A DNA stretch of 64,000 nucleotides from a plasmid. The position numbers and the translations under genes are program-made. The stretch's first letter is position 1. The number at the start of each line of letters is the position of its first letter. Below the pieces are notes generated by a model that was not told the origin of the DNA, did no database searches, and saw only the letters and a program-made list of their open reading frames with translations. Below are positions 19,008 through 28,453 of the stretch, piece by piece. The stretch is from sequence record NZ_CP071296.1; one strand, 5' to 3'.

Positions 19008-20463
19008 CTTTTTCCTCCTTGTCTTGACTTGCTGCATGACCTCCAATGAGTTTGTTCCGATAAATGACACGTGACCCCTCGGACAAACTACTTGCCTTTT
19101 GTATCGATAGGAAATCGAATGTTTCTCTAATCTCATCAATAGCTTTTTGGAGTGATTCTTGCTTTTCGTTTGAATGATTTTCTTCAACACTTTCAAATAA
19201 AGAAAGTTGTTTAACAGAACTATCAGAGAGTTGATTTCCGCTTATTCCTATTTGTCTTATCGCTCCCCCCTGGTACTTTTCACGAAATAAGGAGATTGCG
19301 AGGTCTTGCAATTCTTTTGTGTTTTGCGTTGCTTCAATATTGCGAGAAACCTTAACAGAAGAGTATTCAGAAGTAGAAGCAGCACCTGCATAAAGTGAAA
19401 GATTGCTTGCTAGTTTTCCGCCCTTTCTCAATCTTATCGCTAAGTTCTCAGCCATTTCTTTAATCACAAGCTCAATTTCTCTTTGCTTATGATAGTCACG
19501 TGGCAGAATTTGAGAATTGCTGAAGCTAGTAGATTTTGGAGTATATTTTTCTCTTACGTTGCTTTCATCAATTCCGTTTGCGTGGAAAAAATGTTGAAGT
19601 CCAATTGTTCCCAAATTTTGTTTAAGGAGAAGTGGGTCAGCATTCGCAAGCTCTTTGATAGAAGTGATTCCAAGTTTGTTTAATCGTTTCTCAGTTCGCT
19701 TTCCAATTCCCCAGAAATCTGTCATCTTAGGAATTGTCCATAGTTTATTAGGGACATCTTCATAACGGATTAGGGCTCTCATATTATCATTGTGCTTGGC
19801 ATAGTTATCCATTGCAAGTTTGGCAAGCAAGGGGTTGTCTCCCATCCCAACAGTCACATATAGTCCTAGTTTATCTCGAATCTCACGTTGCAAGTCTAAA
19901 GCAATTCGATTCATTTGTTCATAACGGTTTTTAATTCCAGGATAAAAGAAATTAAGCGATTCAGTAATATCCAAAAAAGATTCATCAATCGAGTAGGAGT
20001 GAATCTCATCAATTGACGTATAATTGGTCAGTATATCTGTCACTTCAATTTTATAGTCCACATAGAGTTGCATTTGTGGAGGAACAATCCACGTGCGTTT
20101 CGCCCAAGATTCAATAAAAGCGACATATTGCAAAGTTGGTTCAGTTCGCTGTCCATGAATGTCTGTATGTGTTCGATACCATTGCGGATAATTGAACTTT
20201 CGTGTTTCTATAAGAAAAGGTAAATCGCTGGCACGACTGACATTTTTCATACCAAAAACTTTTTTAAAGGTTGGACTAGAGGCAAGCGTTAACCCTTTAG
20301 AATGATCTGCTCGACTCATGACACAAAGAGAAGTGGTCAGAGGATTTAAATTTCGCTGAACGCATTCAATTGAAGCATAATTAGACTTGACATCTTGAAA
20401 GAGGATGGCACGGCGTGGCTCAAGGGAATAGTCAAAGTATTGATTTAATTTTAATCGTTCCAT
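18997..20463 (-). CDS. Y-family DNA polymerase (UmuC/DinB/UvrX-like, error-prone lesion bypass)
   Basis: N-terminal FDYSLEPRRAILFQDVKSNYASIEC, typical of the ImpB/MucB/SamB family. Probable start MERLK at 20463 with a GGAGAG RBS. Confidence 0.8.
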   Translation of the reverse strand: MERLKLNQYFDYSLEPRRAILFQDVKSNYASIECVQRNLNPLTTSLCVMSRADHSKGLTLASSPTFKKVFGMKNVSRASDLPFLIETRKFNYPQWYRTHTDIHGQRTEPTLQYVAFIESWAKRTWIVPPQMQLYVDYKIEVTDILTNYTSIDEIHSYSIDESFLDITESLNFFYPGIKNRYEQMNRIALDLQREIRDKLGLYVTVGMGDNPLLAKLAMDNYAKHNDNMRALIRYEDVPNKLWTIPKMTDFWGIGKRTEKRLNKLGITSIKELANADPLLLKQNLGTIGLQHFFHANGIDESNVREKYTPKSTSFSNSQILPRDYHKQREIELVIKEMAENLAIRLRKGGKLASNLSLYAGAASTSEYSSVKVSRNIEATQNTKELQDLAISLFREKYQGGAIRQIGISGNQLSDSSVKQLSLFESVEENHSNEKQESLQKAIDEIRETFDFLSIQKASSLSEGSRVIYRNKLIGGHAASQDKEEKDVS

Positions 20464-20895
20464 AGTCTCTCCTAAATCAAAAATATCAGTTTTACTGATA
20501 TTATTTTTTTTTTTAGAGTGAAAAACAATCGAAATAAACACCAAAACTGATAACTTGGAATATTTAAGGGAAATTCTTAGTCCTTCAACATCCTTCTTAT
20601 GCTTTTGTTATAATAGAGTTAAGCATATTATCATTTGAAAGAGAACGAGGAGAAAAATTGGATAAATACTTAAGGCGATCCTATCAGAGAATGAATTAAA
20701 TGTCTTTTGGAGGACAGGCGTTGGCTTGGTTCCTTTCAATAAGGTTATCAGATTTGGTTTTAAAAAAATTGAAAATATCGGTTCTAAAATCAACTAGCCC
20801 CATGGGGAATATCTAACAATTTTTGCCAAAATTTATCCAGTTTGTTTAAAAAAAATTGATTATGATAGTATCAAGAAGAAGAGAGGGAGAAATAG

Positions 20896-21753
20896 ATGAA
20901 TGAATTTTCTGCTATTATTAATTACATTGAGGAACACTTAGAAGATAACATCGATATGAAAAAAATAGAGCAACTTGCTAGAGTTTCTGAGTATAATTTT
21001 CAAAAGATTTTTTCTGTTCTTTCTGGTTTAACTTTAGGTGATTATATCAGAAAAAGACGTCTTTCTAAATCACTATATGATTTAAGAGAAACCGATGAAA
21101 AAATAATCGATATTGCTTTTAAATATGGTTACAGTTCATCAGAAAGTTATAGCAGAAGCTTTCAACAACTTTTCAATATCTCTCCTTCTAAGGCACGTAA
21201 AGAACAACATGAGTTAACTATTTTCCCTAAGTTGTCTATTCGTGTCCAAATAAAAGGAGGCATTCAAATGAATTATTTAATTACAAACAAACCAGAAATG
21301 ATGATCACGGGTATTAAAGAAAGTTATCCTAATATCACAGTCGGACAAGCTAGCATTCCTAAGTTTTGGGATAGATTTAATGAATCTGATTTATTTAATC
21401 AAGTAATTAATGAAAAATCAGAGCACTCACCTAATACTATTTTAGGTATTTGTTTACCTCGAGAAGGTGAGGCGTATGATTATTTTATTGGGGTCTACAC
21501 TGATGAAAAAACAACTGCTGATAAGCTAGAAACAATTACACTTCCTGCTTCTGACTGGGCAGTATTTAAAGCTGTCGGTAAAGTCCCTGAAGCTATTCAT
21601 CAAACGTATCAAGATATTTATGAATCTTTCTTTCCAAGTACCACTTACACTCAAAAAAAGGCTCCGGATTTTGAATCTTACCCACTTGATCTTAACCCAA
21701 TGTCAGAAAATCATATAACAGAAATTTGGATTCCTATTCATAAGAATAATTAA
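20896..21753 (+). CDS. AraC-family transcriptional regulator with C-terminal GyrI-like effector-binding domain
   Basis: N-terminal AraC HTH pair (..YIRKRRLSKSLYDL..IAFKYGYSSSESYSRSFQQLF) followed by a ~160-aa GyrI-like domain. Confidence 0.75.
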   Translation: MNEFSAIINYIEEHLEDNIDMKKIEQLARVSEYNFQKIFSVLSGLTLGDYIRKRRLSKSLYDLRETDEKIIDIAFKYGYSSSESYSRSFQQLFNISPSKARKEQHELTIFPKLSIRVQIKGGIQMNYLITNKPEMMITGIKESYPNITVGQASIPKFWDRFNESDLFNQVINEKSEHSPNTILGICLPREGEAYDYFIGVYTDEKTTADKLETITLPASDWAVFKAVGKVPEAIHQTYQDIYESFFPSTTYTQKKAPDFESYPLDLNPMSENHITEIWIPIHKNN

Positions 21754-21796
21754 GGGTCTAAAATTATATAATCGCCCCTTAGAAATACAATAAAAA

Positions 21797-21845
21797 CAGC
21801 CCCTATTATCTAACACTTAGATAATAGGGGCTGTTTTCTTATTTT
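21797..21845 (+). terminator. Rho-independent terminator
   Basis: CAGCCCCTATTATCTaacacttAGATAATAGGGGCTGttttctt. Confidence 0.6.
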
Positions 21846-21847
21846 TT

Positions 21848-22010
21848 ATCAATATAACCCGTCCAAGGAATATACAAAAAGAACTGAAGAAATGGAATGC
21901 TTTTCGGATTTTCAGTTTCTACTGAAATCAAAATATTAATGGGAATACCTGCTTAAATTGACGGTTGGTCAGAGATAGTGTTTTTGAGTTTCAGACTTTG
22001 CAACAGAACC
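21848..22010 (+). mobile_element. IS6-family remnant: 3' ~160 bp including the terminal IR
   Basis: Encodes the transposase C-terminus (...KKN..RRNGMLFGFSVSTEIKILMGIPA*) and the IR AGACTTTGCAACAGAACC ending at 22010. No upstream portion. Confidence 0.75.
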
Positions 22011-22023
22011 TCTTATATTTATT

Positions 22024-22350
22024 TCAAAGTAAATAACCTAACCCAATAGATAGAATTAAAGTAAATCCCAAAAAGCTAATAATGGAAAAAGAGAAAAGAA
22101 AAAATATTATTATTTTTTCTAATTTATTATCAACTGAATAATATAGTCTACCACAACATATTATTGATAAAATAGGTATACCAAGAAATATCAAACAGTC
22201 AGATATAGGATTAGATGGTACTAAGTCAGAAAAGAACATGTAAGAACTTTTCAGAATATTCAAAGGGGTTATAAAAAATCCTGATGAGAAGACAAGCCAA
22301 AACAATATAAGTGTTGGGATAAGGTATAAAAAATTTAAAAGTTTTTTCAT
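22024..22350 (-). CDS. Small polytopic membrane protein (108 aa, 4 predicted TM segments); paralog of 27692..28033
   Basis: Hydrophobic. Shares its architecture and C-terminal IGLGYLL/IGLGNYL with the paralog. Confidence 0.5.
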   Translation of the reverse strand: MKKLLNFLYLIPTLILFWLVFSSGFFITPLNILKSSYMFFSDLVPSNPISDCLIFLGIPILSIICCGRLYYSVDNKLEKIIIFFLFSFSIISFLGFTLILSIGLGYLL

Positions 22351-22644
22351 GGTTAATATTTCCCCAATAGATAAGGTTTATATTGATTTGAAAACACATT
22401 TGGCAAATTAGTCGGAGGTAATATCATTGATGGACTTACCAATGAAATAACTGGCAAATTACCAGAACCATTATAATACGCTTGATAGACTAATTTGGAA
22501 CAATAATTAGGGTTTTTTGTTCTAATGTAATGATTAATCTTATAGTCTATATGAATATTTTTAATTGCCCTTTTTTCATAAGATATTCTTACAGCTCTCT
22601 TGAATCATTTCATGTATTGTCAGTGGATATAATAATAATCTATA

Positions 22645-23184
22645 TTAATTTTCAAACCAAGGGAGGTCCGTTGATAATTTAGAAGCGAATGCTTTGTAGT
22701 CATTACGATCTTCTAAACGACGAAGACGCCTTTCTTCATAACCAGAACAAACCAATTTTTCTTCTTGAGTTTCTGGTACAACTTTTGGTACAGTAAATTT
22801 AATTTCAACATTCATGTGTGAAGGAATTGCAACAAATGTGGTAAAACAAGTTGCTGCAAGATAGCGATCGCCAGTAACAAGATTTTCTCCAATCACTTTA
22901 ACAAAAACTTCCATTGACTTGTGATGAGTTCCAGAGACATAAGACTCAATACACACAGAATGGTTTTCGTGCAGAGGCTTAAGAAAAATAAGATTATCAA
23001 GAGAAGCTGTAACGGCTCCTCTTCTACAATGTCTTGATACCGAAATAGAAGCTGCATCATCAATGAGAGATGTTAGTTTGCCTCCAAATAAAAAGCCAAA
23101 TGGATTTAAGTCGAACGGAAATATACGATGAGTTTCGATAACAAAAGATTGTTTACAATTTTTTGTATGATTTTTCATTTTCAT
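22645..23184 (-). CDS. Acyl-CoA thioesterase (hotdog fold)
   Basis: Hotdog-fold thioesterase-like sequence (..GGKLTSLIDDAASISVSRHCRRGAVTASLDNLIFLKP..). Confidence 0.6.
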   Translation of the reverse strand: MKMKNHTKNCKQSFVIETHRIFPFDLNPFGFLFGGKLTSLIDDAASISVSRHCRRGAVTASLDNLIFLKPLHENHSVCIESYVSGTHHKSMEVFVKVIGENLVTGDRYLAATCFTTFVAIPSHMNVEIKFTVPKVVPETQEEKLVCSGYEERRLRRLEDRNDYKAFASKLSTDLPWFEN

Positions 23185-23338
23185 TATTACAATTATAATA
23201 AATCACCACTAAAAAAACAATAGTACCTGTTTTGAATTCCATTTCTTACTAAATTAGAGAAGTAGAATAAACTAGAAACGCACTTTTAAAGTGCTCATTA
23301 ACTAGAAAGTCAACGGGAAACTAGACACGGAGTTAAGA

Positions 23339-24182
23339 GAATTTAATAATTATATTTTTCAAAGTCTTTTGAAGACTTATAATCAAGAGCTGCATGCATC
23401 CTTTTTGTATTGTAATAGGTCTCAATGTATTTAAAAATTTATTGAGTAGCCTCAGCTCTTGTCTCAAAATGAGCATCATTAATAAGCTCCCTCTTTAGCG
23501 TCTTATAAAAAGACTCCATCATTGCATTGTCATAGGGATTTCCTTTACGACTCATGCTAGATTGAGCACCGACTTGACGAAGAGTAGATTGATAACGAGA
23601 GCTTGTATATTGACTCCCTTGATCAGTATGGACAATCAAGCCAGGCTGAGGATGTTCTTTCCCACAAGCTTGTAAGAAGCAATCCCTCACCAGTTTATCT
23701 TGCATCCGTGAAGACATTGACTAACCTACAATCTTACGTGAAAAAACGTCGATATTCACGGCTAAGTATAAGGTGCCTTCTTTGGTAGGGATATAGGTCA
23801 TGTCTCCCAGCCATACTTTATTAGGAGCTGTTGCTTTAAAGATCTGATTAATTAAATTGGGTCTTGAAAGCGAAGCTCCTTTTCTGTTGTAATGTTTATA
23901 TTTATAACGGCTTCCCTTGGCATAAAGTCCCATCAAGTGCATCAGTTTTCCAACACGTTTCGTGTTGGTCATAATACCAGTATTATGAAGTACCTTGGTA
24001 ATTCTAACCGCACCATAGCGTCCCTTATGCTCATGAAAGACAGCTTTTATTTTCTCTGAGAGAATTTCTCTCTCCACTTGTTGTTTTGAAGGACGACGAT
24101 GCATGTATTCATAGAAACCTGAGCGAGAAACCTTAAGAACTTTTACTGCATGCTTAATTTTTATCTTCCCATGATGTTTCAA
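23339..24182 (-). pseudogene. IS3-family transposase OrfB (integrase core), frameshifted
   Basis: DDE region (HTDQGSQYTS...) split across frames at ~23720 and ~23440. Confidence 0.7.
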
Positions 24183-24199
24183 GAGAAATTCAAAACGTT

Positions 24200-24505
24200 T
24201 TACTTGCTTCGCTTCAAGAAGACCCGGAACTTTTTTAGAAGTTCAAGTTCCTCCTGAAGATAACGATTTTCTTTCTCTAACAATTTAATCTTATGTTGGG
24301 CATCAGCTAGGGCTGTCCCATTGCCTGGAAAAGCACTTTCTCCATATTCTTCAACTTCTTGAACCCAGCGATAAAGACTATTGGCATGAACCTCAAGCTC
24401 TTGGCTGACTTCTTTAACAGAGTAACCCTCTTCAAGAACGAGTTTTACTGCAGAATTTTTAAATTGTTTATCGAATTTTCTTCTTGCCATAATAAACCTT
24501 TCCAC
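24200..24505 (-). CDS. IS3-family transposase OrfA (HTH)
   Basis: MARRKFDKQFKNSAVKLVLEEGYSVKEVSQELEVHANSLYRWVQE; leucine zipper (ELELLKK). Confidence 0.8.
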   Translation of the reverse strand: MERFIMARRKFDKQFKNSAVKLVLEEGYSVKEVSQELEVHANSLYRWVQEVEEYGESAFPGNGTALADAQHKIKLLEKENRYLQEELELLKKFRVFLKRSK

Positions 24506-24634
24506 GATTTCTCTTAACTCCGTGTCTAGTTTTTCGTTGACTTCCCAAATTAATTTCCATTTTCGTGTCTAATTATTTGACATTAGTCCAAGTCAGGTTA
24601 TAATGATTATAAATTAGTAATCGGGGGCGGGCAT

Positions 24635-25285
24635 ATGAATTCATTGATTAGTTTAGAAAAAGTTAATTATCAAATCGCTGATCAACATATTTTACATGAT
24701 GTTGATTGGCAGATTCCATCTGGGGCTCATATTACATTGACGGGACCATCCGGTGGTGGGAAAAGTACGTTATTACGGATCATTGCGGCCATGATTTCTA
24801 AAACAAGTGGGACCTTGATTTTTGATGGGCAGCCGATTGAAAGTTATGACCCAATCATGTATCGGCGGCAAGTCTCATATTGTTTTCAACAACCGACGTT
24901 ATTTGGTGAGACGGTGGCAGATAACTTAGCTTTCCCGTACCAAATTCGTAAGCAAGTCATGGATACGCAACGAGTGGTAACGGCGTTAAATAATGTTGGG
25001 CTGTCCGAACGAACCCTGCATCAGCCGATTATCGAGCTTTCCGGTGGTGAACGGCAGCGAGTCGCGCTGATTCGCAACATCTTATTCTCACCAAAAGTGT
25101 TGTTATTAGATGAGGTGACAGCTGGGTTGGATGAAAATAATAAGCAAATCGTGCACGCCTGGTTACGACAGTTAAATGAGCAGGATCACGTGACAACGAT
25201 CATGATTACTCATGACGCGACAGAGATTGCTGCGGCAGATCAATTAGCGAAAGTGATTGCTGGCAGATTGGAGGTACACGCATGA
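24635..25285 (+). CDS. ABC transporter ATP-binding protein (FetA/YbbL-like)
   Basis: Walker A GPSGGGKST, signature LSGGERQR, Walker B LLLDE. Confidence 0.75.
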   Translation: MNSLISLEKVNYQIADQHILHDVDWQIPSGAHITLTGPSGGGKSTLLRIIAAMISKTSGTLIFDGQPIESYDPIMYRRQVSYCFQQPTLFGETVADNLAFPYQIRKQVMDTQRVVTALNNVGLSERTLHQPIIELSGGERQRVALIRNILFSPKVLLLDEVTAGLDENNKQIVHAWLRQLNEQDHVTTIMITHDATEIAAADQLAKVIAGRLEVHA

Positions 25286-26037
25286 ATTTAGCGGTTAATA
25301 ATACGTCGCTATTTTTGGCGGCAATGTTAGTGCTCGTCGCGTTAGGAATTAGTTTGTGGCAGAAACTTGGCTTGGATAGGGACATCGTCATTGGTGTCGT
25401 GCGGGCTGTTGTACAACTATTTATCGTGGGTTACTTGCTAAAGTATATTTTCCGAGTCAACAATTTGTGGCTAACGCTGGCGATGATGGGCTTCATTATC
25501 TTCAATGCGGCTTGGAATGCGAAAAAACGGGGACCGGGGATTGACCATGCATTAGCCATTTCGTTATTAGCCATTTTTGTTAGTACGGGGGTAACACTCG
25601 GCGTCCTCATGCTATCTGGTGCGATTAAGTTTGTGCCATCGCAAATGATTCCCATTTCTGGTATGATTGCGTCGAATTCAATGGTCGCAATTGGGCTGGC
25701 TTATCGCAGCCTCAATAGTCAGTTTCATGACCAGCGGCAAGGTGTGCTTGAACGGTTGGCGTTAGGGGCTGGTCTACTTGATGCTTCGATTGCCATCGTG
25801 CGTGAGGCGATTCGTACGGGGATGTCACCAACCATTGATTCGGCAAAGACTGTGGGTCTAGTCAGTCTGCCAGGGATGATGTCCGGTTTGATCTTTGCAG
25901 GGGTCGATCCAGTACGGGCCATTAAGTATCAAATTATGGTCACGTTCATGCTCTTATCAGCGACTAGTTTGGGGTCAATCATTGCTTGCTATTTAGCTTA
26001 CCGTAATTTCTATAATGAACAAAAACAGTTGAAGTAA
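25282..26037 (+). CDS. ABC transporter permease (FetB/YbbM-like, UPF0014)
   Basis: Start overlaps the ATPase stop. Polytopic membrane protein. The YbbL/YbbM pairing is typical of putative iron exporters. Confidence 0.7.
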   Translation: MNLAVNNTSLFLAAMLVLVALGISLWQKLGLDRDIVIGVVRAVVQLFIVGYLLKYIFRVNNLWLTLAMMGFIIFNAAWNAKKRGPGIDHALAISLLAIFVSTGVTLGVLMLSGAIKFVPSQMIPISGMIASNSMVAIGLAYRSLNSQFHDQRQGVLERLALGAGLLDASIAIVREAIRTGMSPTIDSAKTVGLVSLPGMMSGLIFAGVDPVRAIKYQIMVTFMLLSATSLGSIIACYLAYRNFYNEQKQLK

Positions 26038-26153
26038 TGACTCCTGATTGCAGTCCCGCGAGGTACGAACAAGTTAAACGTTTAAATCTCAAAACATGGC
26101 GGTAATCTGTCTAAAATAAGAATAAACAGTCAAGTGGCGTCTGTAACATAAAG

Positions 26154-26198
26154 AAAAACACAGTAGACTATGCTTAGTTTTCTGTGTTTTTTTCTAAT
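26154..26198 (+). terminator. Rho-independent terminator
   Basis: AAAAACACAGtagactatgcttagttttCTGTGTTTTTttct. Confidence 0.5.
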
Positions 26199-26267
26199 TT
26201 CATTTAGAGGTGAATTAATTGGTAGTTATTAGAGGTGCCCTTAATTTGACAAATCATATAACTAAAA

Positions 26268-26690
26268 TTAGTCTTCATTAGGATCATTTTTAGCTTCCTC
26301 ATGCGTTTTATGTACTGTACCAGGGACATGATCAGGGCCTGCATAAATTGAGTAAATTTTCAGAGGTTTGTCACCAATATTGGTTACATTATGCCAAGTA
26401 TCAGCAGGTACTAAAATTACATCATCATCTGAAACTTCTTGTTCAAATGTAAGATTATCTTCGGCATCTCCCATTTGGCATAAACCTTTACCTTCTTCGA
26501 TACGGAGGAATTGATCGATACCCATGTGTACTTCTAAACCAATATCGTCACCGGGTTCAATAGCCATTAATGTAACCTGAAGTTTTTCACCAGTCCAAAT
26601 TGTTGTACGGTAATTCTCGTTTTCTTTGGTATAATCCTCAATGTTAACGATAAATTTTTCTTTGCCATGATCTTTATAATCGAATGTCAT
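26268..26690 (-). CDS. Cupin-domain protein (140 aa)
   Basis: Cupin-like beta-barrel motifs (..GLEVHMGIDQFLRIEEGKG.. / ..PADTWHNVTNIGDKPLKIYSIY). Confidence 0.65.
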   Translation of the reverse strand: MTFDYKDHGKEKFIVNIEDYTKENENYRTTIWTGEKLQVTLMAIEPGDDIGLEVHMGIDQFLRIEEGKGLCQMGDAEDNLTFEQEVSDDDVILVPADTWHNVTNIGDKPLKIYSIYAGPDHVPGTVHKTHEEAKNDPNED

Positions 26691-26782
26691 TAGAAAGTCC
26701 TCCTTGTTCTTAATTAGACTAATTCTAATAATTAATCTATACTATAGTAATAACATAAAACCGTTTACAAAGCAAAGAAAAA

Positions 26783-27590
26783 GGTTCTGTTGCAAAGTTT
26801 AAAAATCAAATACAAGGTTTATAATCCTTCTTGTTCTTAAGCTAATATTCCCATTAAGACCTTAATCTCAGTAGATACCGAAAATCCGAAGAGCGTTCCA
26901 TTTCTTCGGTTCTTTTTGTATATTCCTCGAATTGTTTCCTTGCCCTTAATCGTGGTTGAGGCAGTTCGTAGACTTCGATAAAATTTATTGCGTCGTTTGA
27001 TTGGTCGATGGTCTTGCTCAATGAGGTTATTGAGATACTTCACGGTTCGATGCTCTGTCTTAGTATATAAACCGTTACTCTGTAACTTTCTAAATGCAGA
27101 ACCAATAGAGGGCGCTTTATCCGTGACAATTACTCTTGGTTGACCAAACTGTTTATGTAGTCGTTTCAAGAACGCATAAGCAGCTTGAGTATCCCGTTTC
27201 TTGCGTAGCCAGATGTCTAAAGTCAATCCATCCGCATCAATTGCACGATAGAGATAATGCCAACGACCTTTGATTTTGATATAAGTTTCATCCATTTTCC
27301 ACGAATAGAAGGACTGTCTATTTTTCTTTTTCCAGAGATGATAGAGGACTTTACTGTATTCTTGTACCCAACGATAAATAGTTGTGTGACAAACGTTAAT
27401 CCCACGATCATAAAGGAGTTCTTGAATTTCACGATAGCTTAGATTGTAACGTAGATAATAACCAACAGCGACAATAATCACATCTTTTTGAAATTGTTTA
27501 CCTTTAAAATAGTTCATTGATATATCCTCGCTGTCATTTTTATTCATTTTACACTAAAATAGACTTATCAGAAAACTTTGCAACAGAACC
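26783..27590 (-). mobile_element. IS6-family insertion sequence (ISS1-type, 808 bp), copy 4
   Basis: IRs at 26783 (GGTTCTGTTGCAAAGTTT) and ending 27590. No TSD. Confidence 0.85.
26837..27547 (-). CDS. IS6-family transposase (ISS1-type, 236 aa with N-terminal extension MNKNDSEDISMN)
   Basis: MNKNDSEDISMNYFKGKQFQKDVIIVAVGYYLRYNLSYREIQELLYDRGINVCHTTIYRW... Confidence 0.9.
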   Translation of the reverse strand: MNKNDSEDISMNYFKGKQFQKDVIIVAVGYYLRYNLSYREIQELLYDRGINVCHTTIYRWVQEYSKVLYHLWKKKNRQSFYSWKMDETYIKIKGRWHYLYRAIDADGLTLDIWLRKKRDTQAAYAFLKRLHKQFGQPRVIVTDKAPSIGSAFRKLQSNGLYTKTEHRTVKYLNNLIEQDHRPIKRRNKFYRSLRTASTTIKGKETIRGIYKKNRRNGTLFGFSVSTEIKVLMGILA

Positions 27591-27691
27591 GATAAAATTA
27601 TGAATAAATAAAGTAAAAAACACATCCTGACTTATAATACAGTTCATTAGGGTGTGTTTTTGCTAAACGTTTAATAAAAAATTAGGAGCCA

Positions 27692-28033
27692 TTGATGAAA
27701 AAAACTATAATCTTTATATTACATATTCCATTTATACTTCTCCTCTGGCTCTGTATAACGTCTCCCTTTTTTATAAAAAATAGTCTGCTTAATTCATCCT
27801 TTGGTCACATTTTTAAAGGAGTAGAAAATATTTCTCATAGTGGACCTCTAGCAACAGTTTTGTTGTTATTCGTCATACCTTTGCTTTCACTCATTTCATG
27901 CTTATACCTTGCTTTTAAGAAAAACCAGAGCGGAAGAAATTATGTGATTTATATTTTGATGTCGTTATTTTCTCTTGTTTGCCTCTCAGTTTTTTCTGTT
28001 ATTATGATAATAGGTTTAGGAAACTATTTATGA
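27692..28033 (+). CDS. Small polytopic membrane protein (113 aa); paralog of 22024..22350
   Basis: 4 predicted TM segments; similar length, architecture and C-terminal motif. Confidence 0.5.
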   Translation: MMKKTIIFILHIPFILLLWLCITSPFFIKNSLLNSSFGHIFKGVENISHSGPLATVLLLFVIPLLSLISCLYLAFKKNQSGRNYVIYILMSLFSLVCLSVFSVIMIIGLGNYL

Positions 28034-28046
28034 AAAAAGCCTCTAC

Positions 28047-28090
28047 AAGCTAAATGGCTTGTAGAAGCTTTTTTTGTTATAATAATGGAG
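28047..28090 (+). terminator. Rho-independent terminator
   Basis: GCCTCTACAAGCtaaatgGCTTGTAGAAGCttttttt. Confidence 0.6.
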
Positions 28091-28162
28091 TAGAGTTTAT
28101 GAACGGTAGCTTTGATTGGAGGTGGTGCTTATGATTATTTCGTGGGCAAAACCTCATAAAAC

Positions 28163-28264
28163 ATGAAAGGCGAAAATTTTTTGACTGTATTTCAGGCATT
28201 GAGTCTCATGATTGCATTTGCAACTTTGATGATTCTTGTCATTAATACGAGTAACAAAAAATGA
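28163..28264 (+). CDS. Hol-Tox-like small hydrophobic toxin peptide (34 aa: MKGENFLTVFQALSLMIAFATLMILVINTSNKK)
   Basis: Resembles the putative holin-like toxin family of Lactobacillales. Its ATG overlaps the TGA stop of an 11-codon upstream ORF (28131..28166) that has a strong GGAGGTGGTG RBS. A terminator hairpin lies ~70 bp downstream. Confidence 0.5.
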   Translation: MKGENFLTVFQALSLMIAFATLMILVINTSNKK

Positions 28265-28453
28265 CCGTTCATCTTAGCGGATAAGGTCATTTAGATAGTA
28301 TTTGCTACCGTTCTTAAAACGGCTACATTGGACTTGTTACTAGCAAGTCCTTTTTTCTTTATCTTTATTTTATCACAACTTCCATTTTTTGTCATCTCTG
28401 ATGTTATCCTTAAATTCTAGAGTCGCTATTGTATAATTTTAAACTGTTTATTT

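Larger units (their letters stand above)
23290..24592 (-). mobile_element. IS3-family element (IS981-like), degenerate
   Basis: orfA is intact; orfB is broken by at least 2 frameshifts. Outer end TGGACTAATGTCAAATAATTAGACACG at 24592. Inner ~35 bp of the IRs match; the outer IRR is degenerate. Confidence 0.7.

Noticed and set aside
20464-20640. LexA/Cheo box upstream of the Y-family polymerase
   Set aside because: I looked for GAAC-N4-GTTC or CGAACRNRYGTTYC and found no match. Only the unrelated palindrome TATCAGTTTTACTGATA is present, so I report the absence rather than an SOS box.
22350-22620. Possible bacteriocin precursor gene upstream of the small membrane protein
   Set aside because: I translated the minus strand in all frames. 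The only long frame has no start codon before NGSGNLPVISLVSPSM... and no double-glycine leader, so no bacteriocin gene can be supported.
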